DNA from: Gemmatimonadota bacterium
GTDB taxonomy: Bacteria; Gemmatimonadota; Gemmatimonadetes; Palauibacterales; Palauibacteraceae
Assembly: GCA_035267645.1 (NCBI GenBank)
Contig: DATFLN010000086.1
Coordinates: forward strand, 2,181 to 66,180
Direction of reading: 5' to 3'
DNA: 64,000 nucleotides
The first letter of the stretch is position 1; every line of letters begins with the position of its first letter. The position numbers and the translations under genes are program-made. The notes beneath the pieces were generated by a model. That model was given only the letters and a program-made list of their open reading frames with translations, was not told where the DNA came from and did no database searches. Positions 16,767 to 26,527 of this stretch are shown here, one piece after another.

Positions 16767-17843
16767 TCACACGGGCTTCTCCACGAGGTCGGCGATGCCC
16801 CGGATGAGGCGCTCCAGCGAGTAGGCCTTCACGAGCTGGTCGTGGCCCCAGGCCAGCGCGCGGGGCCCCACGAACATCATGCGGCCCAATTCGCGGGAGC
16901 TGTCCTGGGCCGACTCGACCCGGGAGCGGCGCCGCTTCTCGAACAGGTCCAGCGCCGCCTCCAGGAACCGGTCGTTCGTGCGGGAGAGCTCGTCGGCCAG
17001 TGCCGCCGCCGACTCCATGGCCATCGAAGCGCCGATCCCCGCCGTCGGGAGGAAGCCCGCCGCCGCGTCTCCGAGGAGGACCACGCGGCCCTTCCGCCAC
17101 GCCTCGGACCGGCCGTCGTGGAAGTCCCAGAAGAGCGGGTCGTCCCCGGGCTCCACCGCGTCCAGCACGTCGGCGAGGTCCGAGCCGTGGCACCGGAAGC
17201 GGTCCCGAAGCCGGTCCAGGAGCGCCCGCGGACCCTCGTCACGGATCTCGTCGTCGGGCCCGCCGAGGAAGACGCCCAGCCCGTCGCCGGTCGGGTAGAT
17301 CCCCACGAAGCGGCCGGCGCCCCAGTACTCCCCGTAGGCGTGCTCGTCCTCGTCCAGGATGAGGCCCCGGGTGTCCGAGTGGAGGCCGTCCGCCGCCACG
17401 ACCAGGTCGAAAGTCCCGGACGTCCCGTCGCTGAGCCGAACGCGGACCTCGCCGTCGCCCTGCTCCAGCGCCTGGACGGTCGTCCCCGTGCGGACGTTCT
17501 CCCGTCCCACGCGCTCGAGGAGGATCTCCATGTGGGAGGGGCGGCTGATGCCGAGGGGCGACCCGAAGCGGCGGGTGAGCTCCTCGAGGTCGTAGCCGTG
17601 CAGGAGCCGGCCGTCGCCGTCGTAGATCTCGTAACGCCGCATGAGCACGGCCCGCTCGCGGGCGGCCTCGAACAGGTCCAGGCCGTGGAGGACCCTCGAG
17701 CCCAGGTGGTAGAGGCCCAGCATGTACCCCAGCTCGTCGAAGCTCTCCGCGCGATGGACGAGGACCGGCTCGCGCCCGCGCTGGCGGAGGAGGGCGGTCA
17801 GGGTGAGGCCGGCCACGCCGGCGCCGACGATGAGTGTCCTCAT
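16767..17843 (-). CDS. FAD-dependent monooxygenase (group A, UbiH/TetX-like)
   Basis: GAGVAG, ADGLHS, LLGDAA..FLPTAGIGASMAMESA; short linker DEHAY/GEYWG may reflect an in-frame deletion. Confidence 0.88.
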   Translation of the reverse strand: MRTLIVGAGVAGLTLTALLRQRGREPVLVHRAESFDELGYMLGLYHLGSRVLHGLDLFEAARERAVLMRRYEIYDGDGRLLHGYDLEELTRRFGSPLGISRPSHMEILLERVGRENVRTGTTVQALEQGDGEVRVRLSDGTSGTFDLVVAADGLHSDTRGLILDEDEHAYGEYWGAGRFVGIYPTGDGLGVFLGGPDDEIRDEGPRALLDRLRDRFRCHGSDLADVLDAVEPGDDPLFWDFHDGRSEAWRKGRVVLLGDAAAGFLPTAGIGASMAMESAAALADELSRTNDRFLEAALDLFEKRRRSRVESAQDSSRELGRMMFVGPRALAWGHDQLVKAYSLERLIRGIADLVEKPV

Positions 17844-18001
17844 CTCGCCCCGGGCCCGAGGGGCCCGGCGTTCACGCTCCGCGGATTCGCGCTGGGCGCT
17901 CGTCATGGCGTGGACCCCCCGTCGTGGCGCAATCGTCTGTCGAGATGTCGCCCATGGTAAGGGGAGTGCAGCCGGGCCGACACGACCGGCGGACGCGGCG
18001 C

Positions 18002-19582
18002 CTACGCCTCGCCCAGCTCCCGGTCCGCCCACGCCGCCACGAGCCGTTCCGCCACGGGCCGGAAGGGAACGGCGGCCCGCGCGAGCTCGACGTCCGGGTC
18101 GAGGACGGCGTCCAGCTCGCGGGCCAGCTCGGGCCGCTCCTCGCCCGAGACCCGCCCCACGAACTCCCCGGCGTCGACCCCGAAGCGGCGGAGGTCCCGG
18201 AGCGCCTGGGTGAGGAGGACGTCGTGGGGGCCCTCCCACGTCTCCATGATCACGGAGTCCCGGTGGAGGCGCGGCAGGGGGGAGAAGCGCTCCTCGATCC
18301 CGTTCCCGCCCAGCGCCATCATCGCGTCGTGCACGAGCCGCGTGGCCTCCCGCGTGTGGACGGTCTTGGCCAGGCTCAGCATGACCCGGAAGACCAGTTT
18401 CTCCGCCTCGTCCCCCTCTCCGGCCCGTTGCCAGGACGCGAGGAGGCGGAAGGCGCCGGCCAGCGCCCGGGCCCGTCCCCGCTCCACGCCGTCCAGCCTC
18501 TCCCGGACGAGGGGGTAGTCCGAGAGCCGGCGTCCGAACGCGGTGCGGAAGTCCGCGTAGGCGCGGACGATCCGCTCTGTCCTGCGGAGCGCGGCCGCGG
18601 CGAACAGGACGCAGGAGAAGCGCGAGGTGACCAGCACGTGGCGGAGGAGGTTGGGGAGGCCGCGCTCGAGCGGTCCGACCGGCCAGCCCAGGGCGCCGTC
18701 GAAGGTGATCTCGGCGGTGGCCAGCTCGCGGGTGCCGAGCTTGTCCTTGAGGCGGTCGAGCCGGTGGCCGTTCCGGCCGGGGGCCTCCGGGTCCAGCCGG
18801 GCGGGGACGAGGAAGAGGCCGAGAGGGCGGTCGTCGGCGCCGGCCGCGGCGGCCCCGGCCCGCCCGCCGGCCCCGGCGTCCGCGTCCCCGACGCCGGCCG
18901 CTCCCCCACCCTCCGCCCGCGCCATGACCAGGTAGTAGTCGGCGTTCGGGTTCGAGCAGAACCACTTCTTCCCGTGCAGGCGATAGGCGTCCCCGTCGGG
19001 CACCGCGCGCGTCCGGTTGGCCGGGATGTCCGAGCCGCCCTGGATCTCGGTCACGAACTGCGCGCCGTGCCACACCCGCGCCTCGGTCGAGCCCCGCACC
19101 CGCTCGACGGCCTCCCGGTGCTCGGGCCGGTCCCCGAGCGCCTCGAGCGCCCGGACGAGCCCGTCGGTGCAGTCGGCCGAGCAGCACACCCCCGCCTCCC
19201 CGTTCTGGGCGTACAGGTAGATCCGCGCGTAGAAGTCGAAGAGGTCGCCGTGGGGCGCGCCGAGCCCCTCGCGTCCCTCCACGGCCGCCAGCGCCTCCCG
19301 GGTGGAGCGGGGGAGGACGACCTCGTCGACCCGGCGCTCGCGGGCGTCGAAGTGCCGCAGGCGAGGCCGGTTCCACGGGAGCGCCGACTCCTCGGCCAGC
19401 TCGCGGAGCGGCCCGGCGCACGCCCGGCCCCACGCCTCCAGCGACGAAGCGCCGGCCGACGTCTCGCCCGGCCCCTTCCCGGCGGTCGAGCGCCGATCGA
19501 GGAGCCGATGGAGGAGGTCGTCGTCCGCGTACCAGTCGTCCGCGAGGGCGTCGAAGAAGGGCTCGAACGTGTAGTCGGTCAT
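18002..19582 (-). CDS. Acyl-CoA dehydrogenase family protein (AidB-like)
   Basis: GAQFVTEIQGGSD, GKKWFCS, RLKDKLGT, LGGNGIEERF, WEGPHDV. Confidence 0.88.
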   Translation of the reverse strand: MTDYTFEPFFDALADDWYADDDLLHRLLDRRSTAGKGPGETSAGASSLEAWGRACAGPLRELAEESALPWNRPRLRHFDARERRVDEVVLPRSTREALAAVEGREGLGAPHGDLFDFYARIYLYAQNGEAGVCCSADCTDGLVRALEALGDRPEHREAVERVRGSTEARVWHGAQFVTEIQGGSDIPANRTRAVPDGDAYRLHGKKWFCSNPNADYYLVMARAEGGGAAGVGDADAGAGGRAGAAAAGADDRPLGLFLVPARLDPEAPGRNGHRLDRLKDKLGTRELATAEITFDGALGWPVGPLERGLPNLLRHVLVTSRFSCVLFAAAALRRTERIVRAYADFRTAFGRRLSDYPLVRERLDGVERGRARALAGAFRLLASWQRAGEGDEAEKLVFRVMLSLAKTVHTREATRLVHDAMMALGGNGIEERFSPLPRLHRDSVIMETWEGPHDVLLTQALRDLRRFGVDAGEFVGRVSGEERPELARELDAVLDPDVELARAAVPFRPVAERLVAAWADRELGEA

Positions 19583-20541
19583 GGCTCCACCGTGAACTCC
19601 GTGTACATGTGGCGCTGCGGGGAGACTTCGGAGAGGAGCGCGTAGCGGCCCGGCGTGAGGTCCACCGTGAAGTACGCCGTGTCGCCGGCCGGCATCTCCT
19701 CGACGCCTCCCAGGAACCGGGCGGGAGCGGGGACCCGCATGCCCTCGGGGTTCATGAAGTACATCCAGGGGGCCAGGTCCGAGGCGCTCTGGCCCTCCTC
19801 CAGGCGCGCCACGTGGACGTCGTTGCCGCCCACCTCGCCGGTGGCCGGCTGCTCGGCGAAGGCGACCCGAACGGTGTGCGCGCCCGGCGTCCACCTGCCG
19901 GTGGTCACGATCGCGTCGTTCCGGAGCGTGAGGTCGATGTCGGCCTCCGGGGGGCGGCCGCCGGACCGGGCGTCGGTCACGTACAGCGGCCGCTCCATGC
20001 CCATGTTGCGGTGGAAGGTGCCGTCGGGACCCTTCATGTAGCACTCGAGCACGTACGTCCCGGGCACCAGCTTCTCGGTGACCCGCGTCGTGTCCCCCGG
20101 GGCCACGAGCCCCACGCCGCCCAGCTCCTCGAAGTCGGCGAACCAGGCCGGCAGGCCGGCGGCCAGGATCTTCCCGGCCTCCGCCACGCCGGCGCCCCGC
20201 TGCTGCGCGGCCCACGCGCTGTCGAACACGGGCGTGAGCTCCTTCCGGTAGTCCTCGTACGTCTTCCCGTCCGGCAGGTGGTCCAGGATCATAAAGTGAG
20301 TCTCCTTCCCCCGGTTCCGGAACCGGAAGGTGGTCCAGCCGGAGGGGAGGGAGTCGGGAGCCTGGAAGGCGTAGTCCCGGGCGACGACGAGGACCGTGCC
20401 CGCGGTGTCCGCGGCGGCGGAGGCCGCGCCCGCCGACGCGGAGCCCGAGCCCGACTCCTGGCCGGCGCGGCAGGCCAGCGCGGCGGCGGCGAGGACGAGG
20501 GCGAGGGGCGCGAGGAGAGGGCGGCGGATCGTGCGCGACAT
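19579..20541 (-). CDS. Lipoprotein with two cupredoxin-like domains
   Basis: Lipobox ALAC; domain 1 has H (ETHF) and ECYM...HRNMGM; domain 2 lacks the Cys. Confidence 0.65.
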   Translation of the reverse strand: MSRTIRRPLLAPLALVLAAAALACRAGQESGSGSASAGAASAAADTAGTVLVVARDYAFQAPDSLPSGWTTFRFRNRGKETHFMILDHLPDGKTYEDYRKELTPVFDSAWAAQQRGAGVAEAGKILAAGLPAWFADFEELGGVGLVAPGDTTRVTEKLVPGTYVLECYMKGPDGTFHRNMGMERPLYVTDARSGGRPPEADIDLTLRNDAIVTTGRWTPGAHTVRVAFAEQPATGEVGGNDVHVARLEEGQSASDLAPWMYFMNPEGMRVPAPARFLGGVEEMPAGDTAYFTVDLTPGRYALLSEVSPQRHMYTEFTVEP

Positions 20542-20668
20542 GACGGCTCCCGGCCGGGGTGAACGCCCGGGGAGAGCCCGGGAGAGGGAGCCCTCCCTTC
20601 CTGCGGACCCCTCAGCCTAAGGGGAGGCGGACCGGGCGCGCGAGGGGGACGTCCCGCCGTCCGAGTGG

Positions 20669-20983
20669 ATGGCCGGTAACCCGATCGGCTTCCGCGGCCC
20701 GTGGGGCACGTCCTACCCCCGGAACCTCCGGCGCATGGTCGCGGGCATGTCCGAGGACGAGTGGGTGGACAGGCTCCACACCCGGAAGACGCGCCCCCCC
20801 ATGCCCTGGTTCAACCTGCACGCGATGAGCGAGCGGGACCTGCGGGCCATCTACCGCTTCATCGGGACGCTCGACCCGGCCGGAGAGCCCGCGCCCGAGG
20901 CGCTGCCGCCCGGCCGCGAGCCCGCCACCCCCTACATCCCCTTCTCCCCGCGCGAGCCGGGCTCGGAGACGGCCGAGCGCTGA
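20669..20983 (+). pseudogene. C-terminal half of a cytochrome c family protein (CxxCH part lost)
   Basis: EWMAGNPIGFRGPWGTSYPRNLR...RPPMPWFNLHAMSERDLRAIY; in-frame TAA just upstream and no CxxCH. Confidence 0.6.
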
Positions 20984-22641
20984 GGAGGGCCGGCGAGCGG
21001 CATCCCCGCCCGCCCGACCAGCTCCCGGAACCGGGGCGTGTCGCGGAGCGGCGCGAAGGTGGGAAGGATGCCGATGCAGGCCAGGTCGGGCTCCTCCGCG
21101 GCGACGGCCTCCTCGAGCCAGTCGAGGGCCTTCTCAGAGTCTCCGGCCGCGGCGTACAGCCGGGCGATCCCGAGGCGCCGGGGCCGGGAGCCCGGCGGTC
21201 CCTCCCCGCTGCGGACGCGGACCGCCAGGACCCCGGCCGCCCGGCGTAGCGCCCCGGCGTAGCCGCCCTCCCGCCGGCCGCGCTCGAGCGCCGCGGCCAG
21301 CTCGGCGTCGTCCCGCTCCCGGGCCCCCGCCAGCCGGACCCGGAAGGCGTCCTCGCGTCGCCCCTCCATCTCGTACGCCCCGGCCAGGGGAGGCCGGGCG
21401 AAGCGGGCGCCGGGATAGCGGGCGAGGATGGGCTCCAGGACCCCGATCGCCTCGTCGTAGCGGCCCGTGAGGAAGAGGAGCTTCCCGTACAGCCCCCGGG
21501 TGAAGGGGTTGACCGGATCGAGCCGGACGGCGACCGCGGCGTGCCGGTCCGCCTCCCCGGGCCGGCCCAGGACCGCCAGCAGGCGGGCGTAGTGGATCCT
21601 CGTCTCGGCGTGCGAGGGGTTCAGCTCGACCGCCCGCCCGAACGCCGAGTCCGCGGCCGCGAAGTCCCGGTCCTTCCCGGCCCGCACCTCGGCCAGGAGC
21701 CGGTGGGCCCCGGGGAGCTCGGGACCGAGCTCGAGCGCCCGCTCCAGCGCCGGCTCCCACCTCCTCCGCGCCTCCGCCGCCGTCACGCCGGACCGGGGTC
21801 CGGCGTCGCCCCGGTACAGCCACACGCGGGCCGTCTCCAGCCACGCCGGGGCGTAGGTCGAGTCGATGGCGAGCGCCCGGCGGAAGTCCCCGAGCGCCGT
21901 CTCCAGGTCGGCCAGGGTGAAGAGGCGGGCGTGGAAGACGCCGCGCAGGTAGGCGTCGTAGGCCGCGGGGTCGGTGGCCCACGCGCCGGCGGCTCGGGCC
22001 GCCGCTCCCGGCTCCAGCTCCACGCCCAGCTCCCGGGCCACCGCGGCGATCAGCTCCCGGTGGAGGGCGTCGAGGTCCCCGGCGCCCCCCGCGAACGTGC
22101 GGCTCCACGTCGTGTCGCCGGAGGCCGCGTCCACCAGCCGCACCCGGATCGTCACGCCGTCGCCCTCGCGCGCCACGCCCCCGTCCAGCAGCGCGTCAGC
22201 GCCGAGCGCCCTCGCGATGCTGTCGAGCGTCGCCGCCCGGTTGGCGTAGCGGAGGACCGAGGAGCGCGCGACCACGGTGAGCCCCGCCTCCCCCGCCTCC
22301 GAGATGAGCCGGTCCAGAGTCCCCTCGACGAAGTAGGTCCGGGCGGGATCCCCCGTGAGGTTGGCCAGCGGGAGGACGGCCAGGCGGGGGCCGGGGAGGG
22401 AGGCGGTGGTGGCGCCGGAGTCGGCGGCGGAGCCGGACGCGGCGGACGCGCGGTCGGACCGGCCGGACGACGACGGGCCGCACGCCGCGGCCGCCAGGGC
22501 CAGGGCCACCAGGGCGTGGACCGCCGGGGCCAGGGAGGCCCGCGCCGGCGGGGCCGCGCGGCGGAGGCGTCCCGGACGCTCCCGATCGGAGCGGAGACGG
22601 AGGGGCCCGTGGCTGGCGCGCATCGGCGATCCCGGCTGCAT
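20932..22641 (-). CDS. TolB-like/TPR-domain protein with predicted lipoprotein signal (start uncertain)
   Basis: LALAAAAC lipobox; LAVLPLANL..D...YFVEG, V.ARSS, AYDAYLRG, TPR-like A..L.P units. Confidence 0.7.
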   Translation of the reverse strand: MQPGSPMRASHGPLRLRSDRERPGRLRRAAPPARASLAPAVHALVALALAAAACGPSSSGRSDRASAASGSAADSGATTASLPGPRLAVLPLANLTGDPARTYFVEGTLDRLISEAGEAGLTVVARSSVLRYANRAATLDSIARALGADALLDGGVAREGDGVTIRVRLVDAASGDTTWSRTFAGGAGDLDALHRELIAAVARELGVELEPGAAARAAGAWATDPAAYDAYLRGVFHARLFTLADLETALGDFRRALAIDSTYAPAWLETARVWLYRGDAGPRSGVTAAEARRRWEPALERALELGPELPGAHRLLAEVRAGKDRDFAAADSAFGRAVELNPSHAETRIHYARLLAVLGRPGEADRHAAVAVRLDPVNPFTRGLYGKLLFLTGRYDEAIGVLEPILARYPGARFARPPLAGAYEMEGRREDAFRVRLAGARERDDAELAAALERGRREGGYAGALRRAAGVLAVRVRSGEGPPGSRPRRLGIARLYAAAGDSEKALDWLEEAVAAEEPDLACIGILPTFAPLRDTPRFRELVGRAGMPLAGPPQRSAVSEPGSRGEKGM

Positions 22642-22873
22642 GGAGCGGTCTCCTGCGGTCGGCGCGAACCTAGGCCCGTCCCGTCGTCGCGACGAGCAGC
22701 CCGGACCGCGATGCTCGCGGCGGCCGGGACCCGGCGCCGGGGCACGGTCGTCCGCGGGGCACGCCCGTCCCCGGCGCACGTCCGTCCCCTCCTCGCGCCG
22801 ATTCGCGTCGGCCGGCCCCCCGTTCGTCCCGCGGGGTGCCCGGGACGGCCGCCGCCCCCCTAGATTCCCGCGC

Positions 22874-24346
22874 ATGAGCACACCTGCGAAGTGCCTCGGC
22901 CTCGTCCTCCTCGTGTCCGCGCTCATCCCGGAGGGGAGCGGTCCGCCGACCGCGCGGCCGACCCGTCCGCCCGACGCTGCCGCGCTCTGGGAGATCGACT
23001 CCGCCGTCGACGCCATGGGAGGGATGGCGCGCCTCCGGGCCCTGCGGAGCCTCCGGCTCGAGGGCATGCGCGAGAAGGCGCTCCTGGGCGTCTCCGCCGA
23101 CCGCCGGCACCCGAAGGCGATGTTCGTGGAGGTGAGCGAGCTCCGCGACCTCTCCTCCGGCCGGGCGCTCGTCCACCAGCGGGCCACGCTCCCCATGCGG
23201 CCCGACCCGATCCCGTTCACGCGGGCGACGGGGGGGCCCGGGGCGCCGCCGACGCAGCGGACGGCCCTGGCCCTGACCCCCGAGCGGATCCTGTTCACGG
23301 CGCGGGACGCGGACCCGAAAGTCGGGCGGGACACGGTGTTCGACGGACGTCCCGCACGCGTCGTCCGGTTCGGGCCGGAGCCGGTGCGGCTCTTCCTGGA
23401 CGCCGACACGCACCCCCCCCTGGGATGGATGGCCACCCTCACCTATCCCGACGATCCGAACGAATGGGGGATCTGGGGCGACGTGCGCTCGGCGACGCAC
23501 TGGTCGGACTGGTCGCTGGAGCCGGACGGGCTCCGCTACCCGCGCACGGTCACCGAGGAGCGGAACGGGCTGGTGAGCACCCGCACCACCTGGTCCCGGG
23601 TGACCCCGGACGCGCCCGTGGCCGAGGACTCGTTCCCCGCCCCGGCCAGGAGCTCCGCGCCGGCCGGAGCCGCCGGCGCCTCCGAGGACGTCCGGACGCT
23701 GGCGCCCGGCGTGGCGCTCCTGTGCGGCTCCTACAACGTCCTCCTGGTCGCCGGCGACGACGGCGTCGTGGTCCTGGATGCCCCCGTCTCCTCCGAGAGG
23801 AGCCGGGCCGTCCTGGACGAAACCCGGCGGCGCTTCCCCGACCGTCCGGTCCGGGCCCTCGTCCTCACGTCCGCCGTCTGGCCCCACGTCGCCGGCGTCC
23901 GCGCCTACGTGGCCCGCGGCATCCCGGTCTACGCTCCCGCCCCCGCCGCGCAGGTGGTCCGGGACCTGGCGGCCGCGCCCCACTGCTCCCATCCCGACAG
24001 CCTGGCCCGGGCGCCCCGGCGGGCCGACGTCCGGGTCGTGACCGACTCGGTGGTGATCGGAGGCGGCGCCGACCGGCTGGTCCTCCTGGCTCCGCGCCTG
24101 ACGGCGGCGCCGCACGCGGCCGCGGGCCTGGTGGCCTACCTGCCCGAGCGGCGGATCCTCTACGCCGGCGACCTCCTGGTCCCGCGCCGCTTCGAGCCCA
24201 ACTTCTGGCGGCAGAGCTGGGACGAGCTCCGCCGCCTCGTGGCCGCCCGCGGGCTGCCGGTCCTGACGGTGGCTTCCCTGCACGACGACCCGATTCCCTG
24301 GAGCGACGTCGGGGAGGCGCTGGACGCTGGAAGTCCCGCCCCCTGA
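22874..24346 (+). CDS. Secreted MBL-fold protein with non-canonical metal motif
   Basis: Signal peptide; C-terminal MBL fold (VVLDAP, LVLTSAVWPHVAGVRAY, LYAGDL, LH). Confidence 0.7.
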   Translation: MSTPAKCLGLVLLVSALIPEGSGPPTARPTRPPDAAALWEIDSAVDAMGGMARLRALRSLRLEGMREKALLGVSADRRHPKAMFVEVSELRDLSSGRALVHQRATLPMRPDPIPFTRATGGPGAPPTQRTALALTPERILFTARDADPKVGRDTVFDGRPARVVRFGPEPVRLFLDADTHPPLGWMATLTYPDDPNEWGIWGDVRSATHWSDWSLEPDGLRYPRTVTEERNGLVSTRTTWSRVTPDAPVAEDSFPAPARSSAPAGAAGASEDVRTLAPGVALLCGSYNVLLVAGDDGVVVLDAPVSSERSRAVLDETRRRFPDRPVRALVLTSAVWPHVAGVRAYVARGIPVYAPAPAAQVVRDLAAAPHCSHPDSLARAPRRADVRVVTDSVVIGGGADRLVLLAPRLTAAPHAAAGLVAYLPERRILYAGDLLVPRRFEPNFWRQSWDELRRLVAARGLPVLTVASLHDDPIPWSDVGEALDAGSPAP

Positions 24347-24361
24347 GCCGGGCCCCGGGCC

Positions 24362-24390
24362 TTGTCCGTAGACTTTCTATGGGCTAATAT
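24362..24390 (+). promoter_or_regulatory. Sigma70-like promoter
   Basis: TTGTCC-N17-TAATAT. Confidence 0.5.
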
Positions 24391-24448
24391 CGGGGTCGTC
24401 ATCCCTGTCAGGCTTGCCGCCTCTCTGTCCGCGCGACCACCGGGCACC

Positions 24449-24742
24449 ATGTACACGCTGATCCGCTACCAGGACGGGAGGATCACCCTCCGCACGCACC
24501 TCGACCCGGGAAGGCTCCCGCCGGAGGAGGCGCGCCGCCTGCTCCGGAGCCTGCGGCCCGTGCTCGATGCGCTGCGCGACGCCGCCGGGGACGAGCGACC
24601 GGCCGGCCCGGGGACCCGCCGGAGCCCGCTGGAAGCCGCGACGCCGGGGAGCCGGCTCGAGCCCCCGGCCTCTCCCGGTCGACCGGAGCCCCCTCCCCCG
24701 GAGGACCGCAACCGTCCCGGCCGCCGCGTCCGAGCCGAATGA
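24449..24742 (+). CDS. Small hypothetical protein
   Basis: MYTLIRYQDGRITLRTHLDP...; ATGA overlap with the DinB gene; promoter upstream; Pro-rich tail. Confidence 0.45.
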   Translation: MYTLIRYQDGRITLRTHLDPGRLPPEEARRLLRSLRPVLDALRDAAGDERPAGPGTRRSPLEAATPGSRLEPPASPGRPEPPPPEDRNRPGRRVRAE

Positions 24743-25410
24743 GGGACGCGTCGAACGAAGCTGCCTCCCGGGACGCGTTCGACACCCCGGCGCTGGAGGC
24801 CGTCCGCGGGGAGCTGCGCGCGGCCGGTCGGGAGGCGAGGGAGATGGCCTCGGGCCTGGAGCCCCGGCGGCTGTGGTGGCGGCCGGCGCCGGACCGCTGG
24901 TCGGTCGGAGAGTGCCTGGACCACCTGGTCCTGACGGGCGAGGCCTACCTCCCGGTCCTGGACGAGACGATCGCGGACGGGCGGCGGCGGGGCCTCCACG
25001 CGGCCGGTCCGCACCGGAGGACGCTCGTGGGCCGCTGGCTCCCCCGCCTCCTGGAGCCCCCGCCGGGGCTCCGGGTCACCGCCCCGCTCGAGATCCGTCC
25101 GCGTCGGCCCGAGCTGCAGGGCTCGCCGCGAGAGGCACCGGGGCCCCACGGCTCGCGGCCCGCACCCACGGCTCCGGAGGGCTCGCGGGGCGATCCCCTC
25201 GCCGCCTTCCTCGAGCTGCGGAGCCGCTTCCGGGATCGGCTGGCGGCCGCCGACGGCCTGGACCTGGGTCGGCTCCGGATGGCCTCGCCCTTCTACTGGT
25301 GGATCCGGTTCGACCTCGGCTCCGCCTTCCGCATCATCGCAGCCCACGAGCGGCGCCACCTGTGGCAGGCGCGGCAGGTGGTCGAGACGGAGGGCTTCCC
25401 CGCGGCCTGA
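24739..25410 (+). CDS. DinB/YfiT family protein
   Basis: WSVGECLDHL and AHERRHLWQA His triad. Confidence 0.88.
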   Translation: MRDASNEAASRDAFDTPALEAVRGELRAAGREAREMASGLEPRRLWWRPAPDRWSVGECLDHLVLTGEAYLPVLDETIADGRRRGLHAAGPHRRTLVGRWLPRLLEPPPGLRVTAPLEIRPRRPELQGSPREAPGPHGSRPAPTAPEGSRGDPLAAFLELRSRFRDRLAAADGLDLGRLRMASPFYWWIRFDLGSAFRIIAAHERRHLWQARQVVETEGFPAA

Positions 25411-25469
25411 CGGGGAACGGCGCGCCCGCGCCGCTGGGACGTCCGGCCGGGGCCGCTTATGCTTGACCC

Positions 25470-26447
25470 ATGCGCATCGTCGTCGCCACGCGGGACCGGG
25501 TGCTCCTGGCCGACCCCGACGATCGGACTCTCCGGCCGGCCTCCGGGGTGCGCGCGCGCCCGACCTGCCTCGCGGCCGACCCCGCCGGCGTCAGGGCCTG
25601 GTGCGGGACGGTGGACGGCGTGCTCCGGAGCGAGGACGCGGGCGCGACCTGGGAGCCGGCGGGCCTCGACGGCGAGGAGGTCACGGCGCTGGCCGCCAGC
25701 CGCTCCGAGCCCGGCGTCACGTGGGCCGGGACCGAGCCGAGCGCGGTCCACCGGAGCGAGGACGGCGGTGCGTCGTGGACCCGGGCGGAGGGGCTCCTGG
25801 ACCTCCCGTCCTCCCCGAGCTGGTCCTTTCCGCCCCGGCCCGAGACGCACCACGTCCGCTGGATCGCCCCGCACCCGGCCGAGCCCGGCCGCCTGTGGGT
25901 GGCGATCGAGGCGGGCGCCCTGGTCACCACTCCCGACGGGGGCCGCACGTGGCGGGACCGCGTCCCGGGCGGGCCGTACGACACCCACGAGATCGCGATC
26001 CATCCCGGCCGGCCGGACTCCCTCAGGATCTCGGCCGGCGACGGCTACTACGAGTCGGACGACGGGGGGCGGACGTGGCGCTCGCCGGAGGAGGGCCTCG
26101 ACGTCGGCTACCTGAGGAGCGTCGCCATCGATCCCGGCGATCCGGACGTGGTGGTGGTCTCCGCCGCCTCCCACGCCCACGCGGCGTACGCCTCGGGGCG
26201 GTCCGACGGCCGCCTGTACCGGCGCGCCGCGGGCGGCCCCTGGGAGAGGGTCGTCGCCGGCTGGCCCGAGGAGCCCGAGACGATCGCGCCGCTTCTGGCT
26301 CCGGGCCGGGAGCCGGGCGAGCTGTGGGCGGCCGACGAGCGCGGCGTCCACCGCTCGGCGGACGGGGGCCGCTCGTGGGAGCGGAGGGCCGGGTTCGACG
26401 GAACTCCGCCGTGGCTCCGAGGCTTCATCGTGACGGAGCCCGCATAG
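25470..26447 (+). CDS. BNR/Asp-box beta-propeller protein
   Basis: Repeated RSEDxGxTW / SxDGGxxW Asp-boxes. Confidence 0.85.
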   Translation: MRIVVATRDRVLLADPDDRTLRPASGVRARPTCLAADPAGVRAWCGTVDGVLRSEDAGATWEPAGLDGEEVTALAASRSEPGVTWAGTEPSAVHRSEDGGASWTRAEGLLDLPSSPSWSFPPRPETHHVRWIAPHPAEPGRLWVAIEAGALVTTPDGGRTWRDRVPGGPYDTHEIAIHPGRPDSLRISAGDGYYESDDGGRTWRSPEEGLDVGYLRSVAIDPGDPDVVVVSAASHAHAAYASGRSDGRLYRRAAGGPWERVVAGWPEEPETIAPLLAPGREPGELWAADERGVHRSADGGRSWERRAGFDGTPPWLRGFIVTEPA

Positions 26448-26527
26448 GTCCGGCGCCGATCCGGTTCGGCTCTTGCGGCTCCGCGATCGCGAAGAACGAG
26501 GCTGTCCGCACACGGAGAGGAGGCGTC

